This document shows positions 17,242 through 25,865 of a stretch of 64,000 nt of DNA, one piece after another. This DNA comes from Bacillota bacterium (GTDB taxonomy: Bacteria > Bacillota > Dethiobacteria > Dethiobacterales > Dethiobacteraceae): assembly GCA_018725565.1 (NCBI GenBank), contig QLUR01000006.1:7902-71901 (forward strand), written 5' to 3'. Both the position numbers and the translations under genes were made by a program. The notes under the pieces were generated by a model. It had not been told where the DNA came from. It made no database searches and was given only the letters and a program-made list of their open reading frames with translations. How positions within the stretch are numbered: position 1 is the stretch's first letter; the number at the start of each line of letters is the position of its first letter.

Positions 17242-19008
17242 TTACGCTTTCCGGGTCAGCCTGATTTGCAGTTCCTCCAGTTGCTGGTCGCTGACGGGAG
17301 CCGGCGCGCCGGTCAGCAGGCAACTGCCGCTGGCCGTCTTGGGGAAAGCAAGGCAATCGCGGATGCTTTGCCGTCCGGCCAGCAGCATTACCAGGCGGTC
17401 AAGCCCAAAAGCGATCCCGCCGTGCGGCGGCGTTCCATATTCAAAAGCCTCCAGGAGAAAGCCGAATTGTTCCCTCGCTTCCTCCGGCGTAAACCCCAGC
17501 TGCTTAAACATTAACTCCTGGACTTCGCGGCGGTGGATGCGGATGCTGCCGCCGCCGACCTCCACACCGTTAAGCACAAGGTCATAGGCCAGTGCCAGTA
17601 CTGCCCCAGGGTCATTGGACAGTTTCCTCAAATCCTCTTCCCGCGGGGCGGTAAAGGGATGATGGTTAGCCATAAAGCGCTGCCTCTCCTGATCATATTC
17701 CAGCAGCGGAAAATCGATTACCCAGACAAAATGCCATTTCTTCCCTGCCATAAGGCCAAGTCTTGCGGCAAGGTGCTGGCGCAGCGCTCCCAAAGCAGCA
17801 TGCGCCGTTTCAGCCTTATCAGCGACAAACAGCAATAAATCACCCGGGCGGCCGCCAAGCCTGTCAACTATCCCCGCCAGTTGTGCGGCGGTAAAGAACT
17901 TAGCGATGGGGGAGCGGATACCTCCGTCATCAACAAAGAAATAAGCCAGTCCTCTGGCGCCGAACTGTGCAGCGTACGCCGTCAGCTCCTCAATTTCCTT
18001 CCTGCTGTAGCAGCCGCAACCTGCGGCGTTGATGCCTTTAACAACCCCGCCTGTGGAAAGAGCCTGCCGGAAAACGTTAAACCCGCTCTCCGCCACCGTT
18101 TGAGACACGTCTTTCAGTTCTATCCCGAACCGGGTGTCAGGTTTATCGCTGCCAAAGCGCTCCATGGCCTCCCGGTAGGAAAGGCGGGGAAACGGCACGG
18201 GGATTTCCTCCCCCAGCGCGCCGGAAAAAATGAAAGCCATCATTTTTTCCATCAAAGCTAAAATCATTTCACGGTCACAGAATGACAGTTCAATATCAAT
18301 CTGGGTAAACTCCGGCTGCCGGTCAGCACGCAGGTCCTCGTCACGGAAGCAGCGGGCAATCTGGAAATAACGCTCTGCTCCCGCCGCCATCAGAAGCTGC
18401 TTAAACAGCTGCGGCGACTGCGGCAGCGCGTAAAAAGCTCCCGGATTTAACCGGCTGGGCACCAGGTAATCACGGGCGCCTTCCGGCGTACTGCGGGTCA
18501 GCATGGGCGTTTCCACTTCCAGAAATCCTTCCTTGTCCAGAAAATCGCGGGTCAGCTTGCAGATGCGGTGACGCAACACCAGGCCAGCCAACATTTCCGG
18601 GCGCCGCAAATCAAGATAGCGATATTTAAGGCGCACATTTTCATCAACGTCTACGCCGTCCTCCAGGTAAAATGGTGGAGTCTTGGCCCTGTTCAAAATC
18701 TCAAGTTTCTCTGACAACACCTCTACCTCACCGGTGGCCAGCTTCGGGTTGACAGTCTCGGGGGCACGGGCTACCACCCGCCCCTGAACGGTTAAAACAT
18801 ATTCGCCGCGTACCTGCTCAGCCACCGCAAAGACTACAGGTGTCTGCGAATTGACCACTACCTGGACGATGCCGCTGCGGTCGCGCAAATCAATAAAAAT
18901 CAGCCCGCCGTGGTCGCGGCGCCGCTGCACCCAGCCGTTCAGCGTGACGATTTTACCTATATGGCCGCTTCTTAAATCACCGCAATAAATATCCCGGAAT
19001 TGCCCCAT
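17242..19008 (-). CDS. aspS: aspartate--tRNA ligase
   Basis: 588 aa, OB-fold N-domain, class II motifs (FRDEDLRADRQPEFTQID, GGGSIRIH), insertion domain. Confidence 0.95.
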   Translation of the reverse strand: MGQFRDIYCGDLRSGHIGKIVTLNGWVQRRRDHGGLIFIDLRDRSGIVQVVVNSQTPVVFAVAEQVRGEYVLTVQGRVVARAPETVNPKLATGEVEVLSEKLEILNRAKTPPFYLEDGVDVDENVRLKYRYLDLRRPEMLAGLVLRHRICKLTRDFLDKEGFLEVETPMLTRSTPEGARDYLVPSRLNPGAFYALPQSPQLFKQLLMAAGAERYFQIARCFRDEDLRADRQPEFTQIDIELSFCDREMILALMEKMMAFIFSGALGEEIPVPFPRLSYREAMERFGSDKPDTRFGIELKDVSQTVAESGFNVFRQALSTGGVVKGINAAGCGCYSRKEIEELTAYAAQFGARGLAYFFVDDGGIRSPIAKFFTAAQLAGIVDRLGGRPGDLLLFVADKAETAHAALGALRQHLAARLGLMAGKKWHFVWVIDFPLLEYDQERQRFMANHHPFTAPREEDLRKLSNDPGAVLALAYDLVLNGVEVGGGSIRIHRREVQELMFKQLGFTPEEAREQFGFLLEAFEYGTPPHGGIAFGLDRLVMLLAGRQSIRDCLAFPKTASGSCLLTGAPAPVSDQQLEELQIRLTRKA

Positions 19009-19012
19009 CGTT

Positions 19013-20278
19013 TCAATCCTCCCTCAGCAAGCAGGCCAGCCGCACCGGCAGGTCCAGCCTCGACACCGTTTCTTGAGTACCACTGTGCATATCCCGCACG
19101 ACAGCCTGCCCGCGGGCCAATTCCTCATCTCCCAGAATAACCAGCAGTTTCGCGCCTTTCCGGTCGGCGGATTTTAGCTGCGCCCGCAGGCCTCTTCCCA
19201 GATAATCCTTATCGGCTGCCATGCCGCATAAGCGCAACTCCGTTACTGTTTTCAACGCTTCCCATCCAGGTACGGACCCGGCTGTTGCCACGAACACCTC
19301 CAGCCTGCCGGCAGCAGACGGGTTAGTTCCCGCCGCCTCCATGGCCAGCAGCGTCCGCTCCATGCCGACGGCAAAACCTATCCCCGGCAGGTCCGGCCCG
19401 CCGATTGTTTTGAGCAGGTGGTCATAACGGCCGCCGCCACAGAGTGATTGCGGGCCTAAGGCAGGAGAAACAATTTCAAACGCTGTCCTGGTATAGTAAT
19501 CCAATCCCCGGACCAGCCTGCTGTCGACCACATATTGCTCGCCCAACACAGCCAGAGCCTCCCTCACTTCCCGGAAATGTTCAGCACAAGGAGAGCAAAG
19601 GTTGTCAAGCATGACGGGCGCGCCGTCTGTCAGCTCCCGGCACTTTTCCACCTTGCAATCCATGATGCGCAAGGGATTTTTGTCGTAACGCCCCACACAG
19701 TCCGGACAAAACTGCGCCAGGCTTGCTGCCAGATATGTTCGCAGTTTGAAACGTGTTGCCTCGCGGCATGCCGGGCAGCCCACACTGTTAATGTGCAGGG
19801 AAAAACGGGACAACCCCAGCCGCCGGAAAAAGGTGAGCGCCAGCACCATTACCTCAGCATCAACGGTTGGGTCGTTTGCCCCGAACACTTCCACGCCAAA
19901 CTGGTGAAACTGCCGGTAGCGTCCGGCTTGCGGCCGGTCGTAGCGGAACATCGGCCCCGTATAATACACTTTCAGCGGCTGCGCCTCCGCCGCCAGGCCG
20001 TGTTCCAGAAAGGCCCTGACAACCGGCGCCGTACCCTCAGGACGCAGTGTTACCGACCTGCCGCCCCGGTCTTTAAACGTGTACATCTCTTTGGCCACAA
20101 TGTCCGTTACTTCCCCCACGCCCCGCAAAAACAGTTCCGTATGCTCGAAAACCGGCGTGCGGATTTCCGCATACCCGAACAAACGGCAGACCTCAGCCGC
20201 CTGTTTCTCCACGAAACTCCAGCGTTCCGCTTCCGCCGGCAAAATATCCCTGGTCCCCCGGGGTGCTTTAGTCAGCAC
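19013..20278 (-). CDS. hisS: histidine--tRNA ligase
   Basis: 421 aa, GTRD, class II motifs, GGGRYD; GTG start after GGAGGAGG. Confidence 0.95.
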   Translation of the reverse strand: MLTKAPRGTRDILPAEAERWSFVEKQAAEVCRLFGYAEIRTPVFEHTELFLRGVGEVTDIVAKEMYTFKDRGGRSVTLRPEGTAPVVRAFLEHGLAAEAQPLKVYYTGPMFRYDRPQAGRYRQFHQFGVEVFGANDPTVDAEVMVLALTFFRRLGLSRFSLHINSVGCPACREATRFKLRTYLAASLAQFCPDCVGRYDKNPLRIMDCKVEKCRELTDGAPVMLDNLCSPCAEHFREVREALAVLGEQYVVDSRLVRGLDYYTRTAFEIVSPALGPQSLCGGGRYDHLLKTIGGPDLPGIGFAVGMERTLLAMEAAGTNPSAAGRLEVFVATAGSVPGWEALKTVTELRLCGMAADKDYLGRGLRAQLKSADRKGAKLLVILGDEELARGQAVVRDMHSGTQETVSRLDLPVRLACLLRED

Positions 20279-20339
20279 AGGCCTACCTCCTCCAAAGTCA
20301 AGAAAAACGCCTCCGCAGGAGGCTTAATTTGCCATCTTC

Positions 20340-20368
20340 ATTCTAGCCAATCCGGCCGGGCTTGTCAA
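20340..20368 (-). promoter_or_regulatory. sigma-A promoter of hisS-aspS
   Basis: minus strand TTGACA (20363-20368, overlapping the stop codon of the upstream gene) - 17 nt - TAGAAT (20340-20345). Confidence 0.7.
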
Positions 20369-21156
20369 CTTAATCGAGGATCGCTTGGAGCGGAGGAGCG
20401 ATTCCCGGCGGGACAGTTTTTCATACAGTTAAAGCAAAAATATTGAAAGCCGATGAAGCCGGCTTGGTAGAGTTTCCAAAAGTGTTCGTCGGCAATCATT
20501 TTCTTTTGCTCTTCGGGAGGGCTTTCGAGGAGTTGGCTCCAGAAACGGATATTGGCAGCGATGCCGTACGGCTGGCTGTTTTTGAGGCATCGCATTAAGT
20601 TGGTTTTGCCTTCAGCTTCTAAGGCATTACCCGGGCATTTTTCAACGCAGAGATTGCAGTTGGTACAGATTTCTTCGGCCTGGGGGTCAGACGTAAGTTC
20701 CAAATCTGTGATAAGGCCGGCAAAGACGGCGCGGCTGCCAAGTCGCGGGTGGAGGACGAGATTGTTTCGGCCGAACTGGCCCAGACCGGCTGCCACAGCG
20801 GCGTGGCGCAGGGAGACATCACCAACGCATCCTTTTGTTTTGAAGCTCATTTCTAAAGGGTAAGAAAGCGGGATGGTCATGGCCTTGGCGCCAAATTCCC
20901 TCTGTATAAAGCGGGCTATTTTATAATTGCTGGTGCGGCCGAATTCCATAATATCCATGCGTCCGCCAAAAGCAATCTGCATATTTCCGCTTTCACAATT
21001 GTCCAATTCCTGCAATGCCATGATGACCAGTGATTTAGCGCCCGGAAAAATACTTTCCAAAGGGGGGGAGTTAGGGCTGACGTAGTTAGAAGCAGCGGCA
21101 AAACCCACATCATCCAAGCCCAGTTCCAAAGCATACCTTCTAATTTGTTCTTTCAC
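20365..21156 (-). CDS. short QueG/reductive-dehalogenase-superfamily 2x[4Fe-4S] protein
   Basis: ORF 20365..21162; QueG-like N-terminus (IRRYALELGLDDVGFAAA), CTNCNLCVEKCP and CFNCMKNCP cluster motifs; only ~263 aa, shorter than canonical QueG; GTG 21154-21156 preferred (GGAGGG SD). Confidence 0.55.
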   Translation of the reverse strand: MKEQIRRYALELGLDDVGFAAASNYVSPNSPPLESIFPGAKSLVIMALQELDNCESGNMQIAFGGRMDIMEFGRTSNYKIARFIQREFGAKAMTIPLSYPLEMSFKTKGCVGDVSLRHAAVAAGLGQFGRNNLVLHPRLGSRAVFAGLITDLELTSDPQAEEICTNCNLCVEKCPGNALEAEGKTNLMRCLKNSQPYGIAANIRFWSQLLESPPEEQKKMIADEHFWKLYQAGFIGFQYFCFNCMKNCPAGNRSSAPSDPRLS

Positions 21157-21217
21157 GGTCAATCCCTCCTCAAATATTTTTGCCTATCAGAAATAGGAAT
21201 TTGCTTTTCCTGCAACA

Positions 21218-21247
21218 AGTATAGCAATATTCTGTCATGGGTGTCAA
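21218..21247 (-). promoter_or_regulatory. extended -10 promoter upstream of the QueG-like gene (copy A of a duplicated 30-nt motif)
   Basis: minus strand GGTTGACACCC-atgacag-AATATTGCTATACT: TTGACA (21242-21247) - 18 nt - TGCTATACT (-10 at 21218-21223). Confidence 0.65.
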
Positions 21248-21276
21248 CCACGCAATTATCCACAACCTACTTTAAC

Positions 21277-21715
21277 TTACACAATATGGAATTGATTTAG
21301 GATCAGGCATCCATCGGAAAAAACCGCGGTGCGGCGCAGGTTCAGCCGCTCCTTGAGATTACCGAAAGCCTTTTCAATTAAATCCTTGCTGCGATAGATC
21401 TGCAGCGCTCTCATAGTATCTTTGATATCATTGGAAAGTAACGCAAAGTAACCATAGTTTTTTACGCTGCATCGATTGCCTCTTGATATGACTGTGCTGT
21501 TTGCACCTGCCGTACTTGCGCAGGTCATCGGCCTCATCGATTTCGAAATAGAAGCTGGTGACATCATATGTCATCTTGCGGGCGACTTCTTTGAAATGGG
21601 CGATGGGGTCGTCGTATTTCTTTTCCAGTTCATCCAGATAGCCCAGGGACTTGACGGTGCGGTCAGTAGAAATATTTTGTCTTTGGATTTCTGTATTTCT
21701 GGGCAATCACAATAA
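21277..21715 (-). mobile_element. degraded IS1634/IS4-like DDE transposase remnant (two out-of-frame fragments, both ends truncated)
   Basis: ORF 21428..21706 carries YDVTSFYFEIDEADDLRKYG (N-terminal IS1634-type block); ORF 21277..21567 carries GYFALLSN...ALQIYRSKDLIEKAFGNLKERLNLRRTAV (C-terminal block); ~440 bp instead of ~1.7 kb. Confidence 0.6.
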
Positions 21716-22035
21716 TGCCACATCTTTTGATCAGAAATTAAAAAATTATTCCCCTGAAGCCTTATGCCGCAAGGGATTTTTGCTTTCTGTATTTAGCTAA
21801 GCTGTCAAACTAACGAGTAAAACTTGGCAATAGCAGATACAAAAACGTCAATTTCCGGCCTCGCGGAACCCTTAAATATTTTCGCGCGTCAGCTCTGTGG
21901 CTTGACTTTATCATAGGTCAGGGAAAGAAATATATGTTATAATTATATAATATATTTTTAGTTTTTGATATAAAAACAGCAAAGAGAATTGCCTGAAATA
22001 TATTCAATTTTTTAAATGTAAAGGAGTGACACCTC

Positions 22036-24306
22036 TTGTTTCTACCTCTTGCAAGTCCAAGGGAAGTAAAAAAACGGTTGTGGATTGCCTTAGTGGGCAG
22101 TCATCTGCCCCGTAAATGTGGGATTGCCACCTTTGCAGCCAGTTTAAGCCGAGCACTAGAAGGTATAATGGGTCGTGATTCCACCTGGTTTGTTGCTTTA
22201 AACAATAATGAACACTATGATTACCCCTCTAAGGTTATTTATCAGCTCGAGCAAGACCGTCTGGAAGATTATCAAAACGCTGCTGAGATTATCAATTCCT
22301 CTGCGATAGATATAGTGTCGCTGCAACACGAGTTTGGACTTTTCGGAGGGCCTGATGGCATCCACATTGTGGAGTTTTTAAACCATTTACAAAAACCGGT
22401 GGTAACAACCTTTCATACCGTCTTGGAAAAGCCATCCTCAAGCCAGAAAAAGGCGTTCATCGAAGTAGCCGCCTTTTCTCAGGCACTGGTAGTAATGAAT
22501 GAACGGGCCATTGCCATTATGACAGACATATACAATATTTCCCATTCCAAGATCCACCTAATCCAGCACGGCGTTCCCGACGCATTTTATATCGACCCCT
22601 CTTACTATAAGCATCAGCTACAGCTGGCGGGGCGTTTTGTTATCCTGACCTTCGGCTTCCTTAGCCCCAACAAGGGGATCGAGATTATGCTGAAAGCCAT
22701 GCCATCTGTGGTTAAAAAGCATCCCGCAGTGCTGTATATCGTCTTAGGTGTCACCCACCCCACGGTGAAGAAGCGCAACGGTGAAGAATACCGGGAAAGC
22801 CTGGAAAACCTTGTAAATAACTTTGATATCGCTGAAAATGTGCTTTTTGTCGACGAGTTTGTGGACGACGACACTTTGGGCTACTACCTAGGGGCGGCAG
22901 ACCTGGTGGTCTGCCCATATCACTCTGAGGGCCAGATTACAAGCGGTGTCCTCAGTAACTCACTGGGCAAAGGGAAAGCCATTATTTCCACTCCATACCT
23001 GCATGCCCAAGTGGCGCTGGCCGGAGGGAAGGGCCGGCTGGTCAACTTTAATGATCCGGTGGGGATGTCTGAAGCAGTTCTGCAGCTGATTGAAAATCCC
23101 GAGGAGAGGCGTTCCCTGGCAGGACAGGCCTATATCGCAGGCCTGCAAATGAGCTGGAGCCGTGTTTCCAGGCAGTACTTGGCTGTATTTGAAGAGCTGA
23201 CGTCTCAGGCCATAGAAACAAATAAGCTAGATCGCGTGCATACTCTGCCAGTCATCAACATGAATTACCTTAAGACACACACAGATGATACGAGCATCGT
23301 CCAACATACTCTCTTTGGCATTTCTGACTATGCCCATAATTATTCCGCAGATGATGCGGCCCGCGCCATCGTAGTCTGTGCCCATTATTTTAACATGTTC
23401 AGGGATGAGTCAGTGCTCTTCCTAGTAGATAAGTACATGGCGTTTCTTTCCCATGCCAGGCAGGAAAGCGGCTGGTTTTACAACTATCTAAATTACCAGA
23501 AAGGATTTCCTGCGCAGGAGCTGAGCCAGGATACGTTTGGACGGTGTCTGTGGGGACTAGGTGCCGCGGCCAGTCTAGTACAGAACCGGGATCAGGGCAT
23601 GCTGGCCAGGGAACTATTAGAGGATAGCATACCACAGCTGGACAAGCTAACATACACTCGCGCCCAGGCATACAGCGCTTGCGGTCTGGGCAATTATCTG
23701 TTTCACTTTCCCGAGGCTGAAACTGCAGAGGATGGGCTCCGCTTAATCGTCGATTCTCTCCTGCAGCGTTACCGGGAAAATGCCTCAGGTTCTTGGCGCT
23801 GGTTTGAAAACTTCTTAACTTATGATAACGCCCGCCTTCCTTATGCTCTCTTACTCGGCTATAGGCATTTTTCCGAGCCCGCCTACTTAGAAACGGCTCT
23901 GGAAGCTTTGGATTTCCTCATCGACATCCAGTACCAGGAAGGCTATTTTGACCTAATCGGCAACCATGGTTGGTACGTAAAAGGAGGGGAAAAGGCCTTA
24001 TTCTGCCAGCAACCCCTCGATGCCGGTGCCTTAACGGAAGTCTGCCTCTTGGCATCTGCCTTGAGCGGTCTGCAGAAGTACCTGGATTTGGCCTATGCCG
24101 CTTTTCAATGGTACCTTGGTCGCAACCGATTAGGCAAGGCGCTCTACCATCCCTCCACGGGTTCCTGTTCAGATGGCCTGGCGGAGAACGGTTCCAGTAA
24201 AAATAAGGGAGCCGAGTCCACCATCTCTTTTCTGCTTGGACTGCTTGCCCTTTACTCTTGGGAACTTTTTGAGCGATTCCATTATGAAAAAGAGACTGCT
24301 ATTTAG
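22036..24306 (+). CDS. GT4-family glycosyltransferase fused to a ~360-aa C-terminal domain of unrecognised family
   Basis: 756 aa; residues ~15-390 GT4/GT-B like (IALVGSHLPRKCGIATFA, ...SEGQITSGVL...); remainder helix-rich (WGLGAAASL, TYDNARLPYALLLGY, QPLDAGALTEV) reminiscent of an (alpha/alpha)6 toroid; TTG start 9 nt after AAGGAG. Confidence 0.7.
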   Translation: MFLPLASPREVKKRLWIALVGSHLPRKCGIATFAASLSRALEGIMGRDSTWFVALNNNEHYDYPSKVIYQLEQDRLEDYQNAAEIINSSAIDIVSLQHEFGLFGGPDGIHIVEFLNHLQKPVVTTFHTVLEKPSSSQKKAFIEVAAFSQALVVMNERAIAIMTDIYNISHSKIHLIQHGVPDAFYIDPSYYKHQLQLAGRFVILTFGFLSPNKGIEIMLKAMPSVVKKHPAVLYIVLGVTHPTVKKRNGEEYRESLENLVNNFDIAENVLFVDEFVDDDTLGYYLGAADLVVCPYHSEGQITSGVLSNSLGKGKAIISTPYLHAQVALAGGKGRLVNFNDPVGMSEAVLQLIENPEERRSLAGQAYIAGLQMSWSRVSRQYLAVFEELTSQAIETNKLDRVHTLPVINMNYLKTHTDDTSIVQHTLFGISDYAHNYSADDAARAIVVCAHYFNMFRDESVLFLVDKYMAFLSHARQESGWFYNYLNYQKGFPAQELSQDTFGRCLWGLGAAASLVQNRDQGMLARELLEDSIPQLDKLTYTRAQAYSACGLGNYLFHFPEAETAEDGLRLIVDSLLQRYRENASGSWRWFENFLTYDNARLPYALLLGYRHFSEPAYLETALEALDFLIDIQYQEGYFDLIGNHGWYVKGGEKALFCQQPLDAGALTEVCLLASALSGLQKYLDLAYAAFQWYLGRNRLGKALYHPSTGSCSDGLAENGSSKNKGAESTISFLLGLLALYSWELFERFHYEKETAI

Positions 24307-24372
24307 GATGTGCGCTTCAATACAAACGACGAAAAGATTAAGTGAAAAATTTAGTGAGTGAGGGATGTTTAG

Positions 24373-24735
24373 ATGCCTTTAGGAAAAGACCTTCTGGAGT
24401 CGGCAGAGCCCCCTTGGGGAAAATGGGAAGTGCTGTTAAGTGAACCCGGTTACAAGGTAAAGCGCATCACCGTAAACCCTGGGCATAAGCTTAGCTACCA
24501 GCGCCACGCCAACCGGCAGGAGCACTGGGTCGCCGTGGCGGGAAATGGGATTATCATTCTAAACGATAAAGAAATAGCACTCCAGCCCGGAGAAGCGGTG
24601 GATATACCAGCAGAAGCTGCTCACCGCGCCATCAATCCCGGCGATGAACCTTTTATCTTTATTGAGGTGCAGCGCGGCAGCTACTTAGGTGAGGATGATA
24701 TCGTCCGCTTAGAAGACAGCTACGGAAGAACGTAA
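24373..24735 (+). CDS. cupin-type mannose-6-phosphate isomerase (type II PMI domain alone)
   Basis: 120 aa, WGKWEVL...YKVKRITVNPGHKLSYQRHANRQEHWVAVAG...HRAINPG, i.e. the C-terminal PMI cupin of bifunctional ManC/CpsB as a separate gene. Confidence 0.8.
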   Translation: MPLGKDLLESAEPPWGKWEVLLSEPGYKVKRITVNPGHKLSYQRHANRQEHWVAVAGNGIIILNDKEIALQPGEAVDIPAEAAHRAINPGDEPFIFIEVQRGSYLGEDDIVRLEDSYGRT

Positions 24736-24760
24736 AAAATGCTTCTTTTAGGAAGGATGA

Positions 24761-25840
24761 ATGAACATGACACGGTATGCCGTAATTATGGCTGGAGGGA
24801 GTGGAGAGCGCTTCTGGCCTTGGAGCCGAAGCCATCACCCCAAACAGTTCTTGAATCTGTTAGGGGAAAGTTCTCTTCTCCAACAAGCTTATGAGCGCAT
24901 TATAAATCTTTTTGACACACAGAACAGCTTGGTGGTGACAGGAAAAGAGCACGCTGCTCTAGCGAGGGAACAGCTCCCCAGCCTGCCGCAAGGAAACCTA
25001 ATTATAGAACCTCAAGGTAGAAATACCGCACCCTGTATCGGTCTGGCCGCCATGCATATTCGCAAGAGGGAACCGGATGCTACTATGCTGGTCTTCCCGG
25101 CAGACCACTTGGTGCAGGGGCAGGCAGAATTTCTCCGCTGCCTGGAAAAAGGACTACAACTAGCTTCTACTGCCGAGGTGCTAGTAACAATTGGCATCGT
25201 CCCAACCCGACCGGAGACGGGTTATGGCTATATTGAGCGGGAAAAAGACGCTCTTCCCGGCACCCCTTTAACGTTTAAAGTGCGACAGTTCGTGGAAAAG
25301 CCCACTACCAATATCGCCCTAGAATATTTGCGTGCGGGCAGATATTTTTGGAACAGCGGTATTTTTGCGTGGCAGACAGACTTGATTCTAAAGAAAATAG
25401 AACAGCAGCTGCCAGAGTTGTACCGAGGATTAACAGCAATTGCTGGGCAGATCGGTTCCGATGGAGAACAGGAAGCTGTAGAGAGTATTTTCCCTTCCCT
25501 CCCCAGCATTTCCATCGATTATGGAATAATGGAGAAATCTCAGGAGATTCTGGTTGTTCAGGGCGATTTCGGTTGGGACGACCTAGGAAGCTGGGCTGCC
25601 CTAGCGGCCTGTTTCCCCAAGGATCAGAACAAGAATGTGGTCAAAGGTGAATACGTGGGGATTGATACCACCGATTGCCTGATGTATGGTCAGGGTCTCC
25701 TCATTGCCACCTTAGGTGTGCAGGACTTAGTAATTGTGCAGGCGGGAAATGCTGTGTTGGTCTGCGCTAAGGAGCGTTCTCAGGATATTAAAAAGCTGGT
25801 ACAGTCACTCAAGGATCAGGGACTAGACGGATACCTGTAG
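24761..25840 (+). CDS. manC: mannose-1-phosphate guanylyltransferase
   Basis: 359 aa, AVIMAGGSGERFWPWSR nucleotidyltransferase loop, ...FPADH..., ...YFWNSGIF..., SIDYGIMEK. Confidence 0.85.
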   Translation: MNMTRYAVIMAGGSGERFWPWSRSHHPKQFLNLLGESSLLQQAYERIINLFDTQNSLVVTGKEHAALAREQLPSLPQGNLIIEPQGRNTAPCIGLAAMHIRKREPDATMLVFPADHLVQGQAEFLRCLEKGLQLASTAEVLVTIGIVPTRPETGYGYIEREKDALPGTPLTFKVRQFVEKPTTNIALEYLRAGRYFWNSGIFAWQTDLILKKIEQQLPELYRGLTAIAGQIGSDGEQEAVESIFPSLPSISIDYGIMEKSQEILVVQGDFGWDDLGSWAALAACFPKDQNKNVVKGEYVGIDTTDCLMYGQGLLIATLGVQDLVIVQAGNAVLVCAKERSQDIKKLVQSLKDQGLDGYL

Positions 25841-25865
25841 CCGAAAAAGGGAGGAGCGTTGGGCG

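Noticed and set aside
20279-20364. T-box leader upstream of hisS.
   Set aside because: Only 86 nt separate hisS from the upstream stop codon. There is no specifier loop or T-box sequence, and there is too little room.
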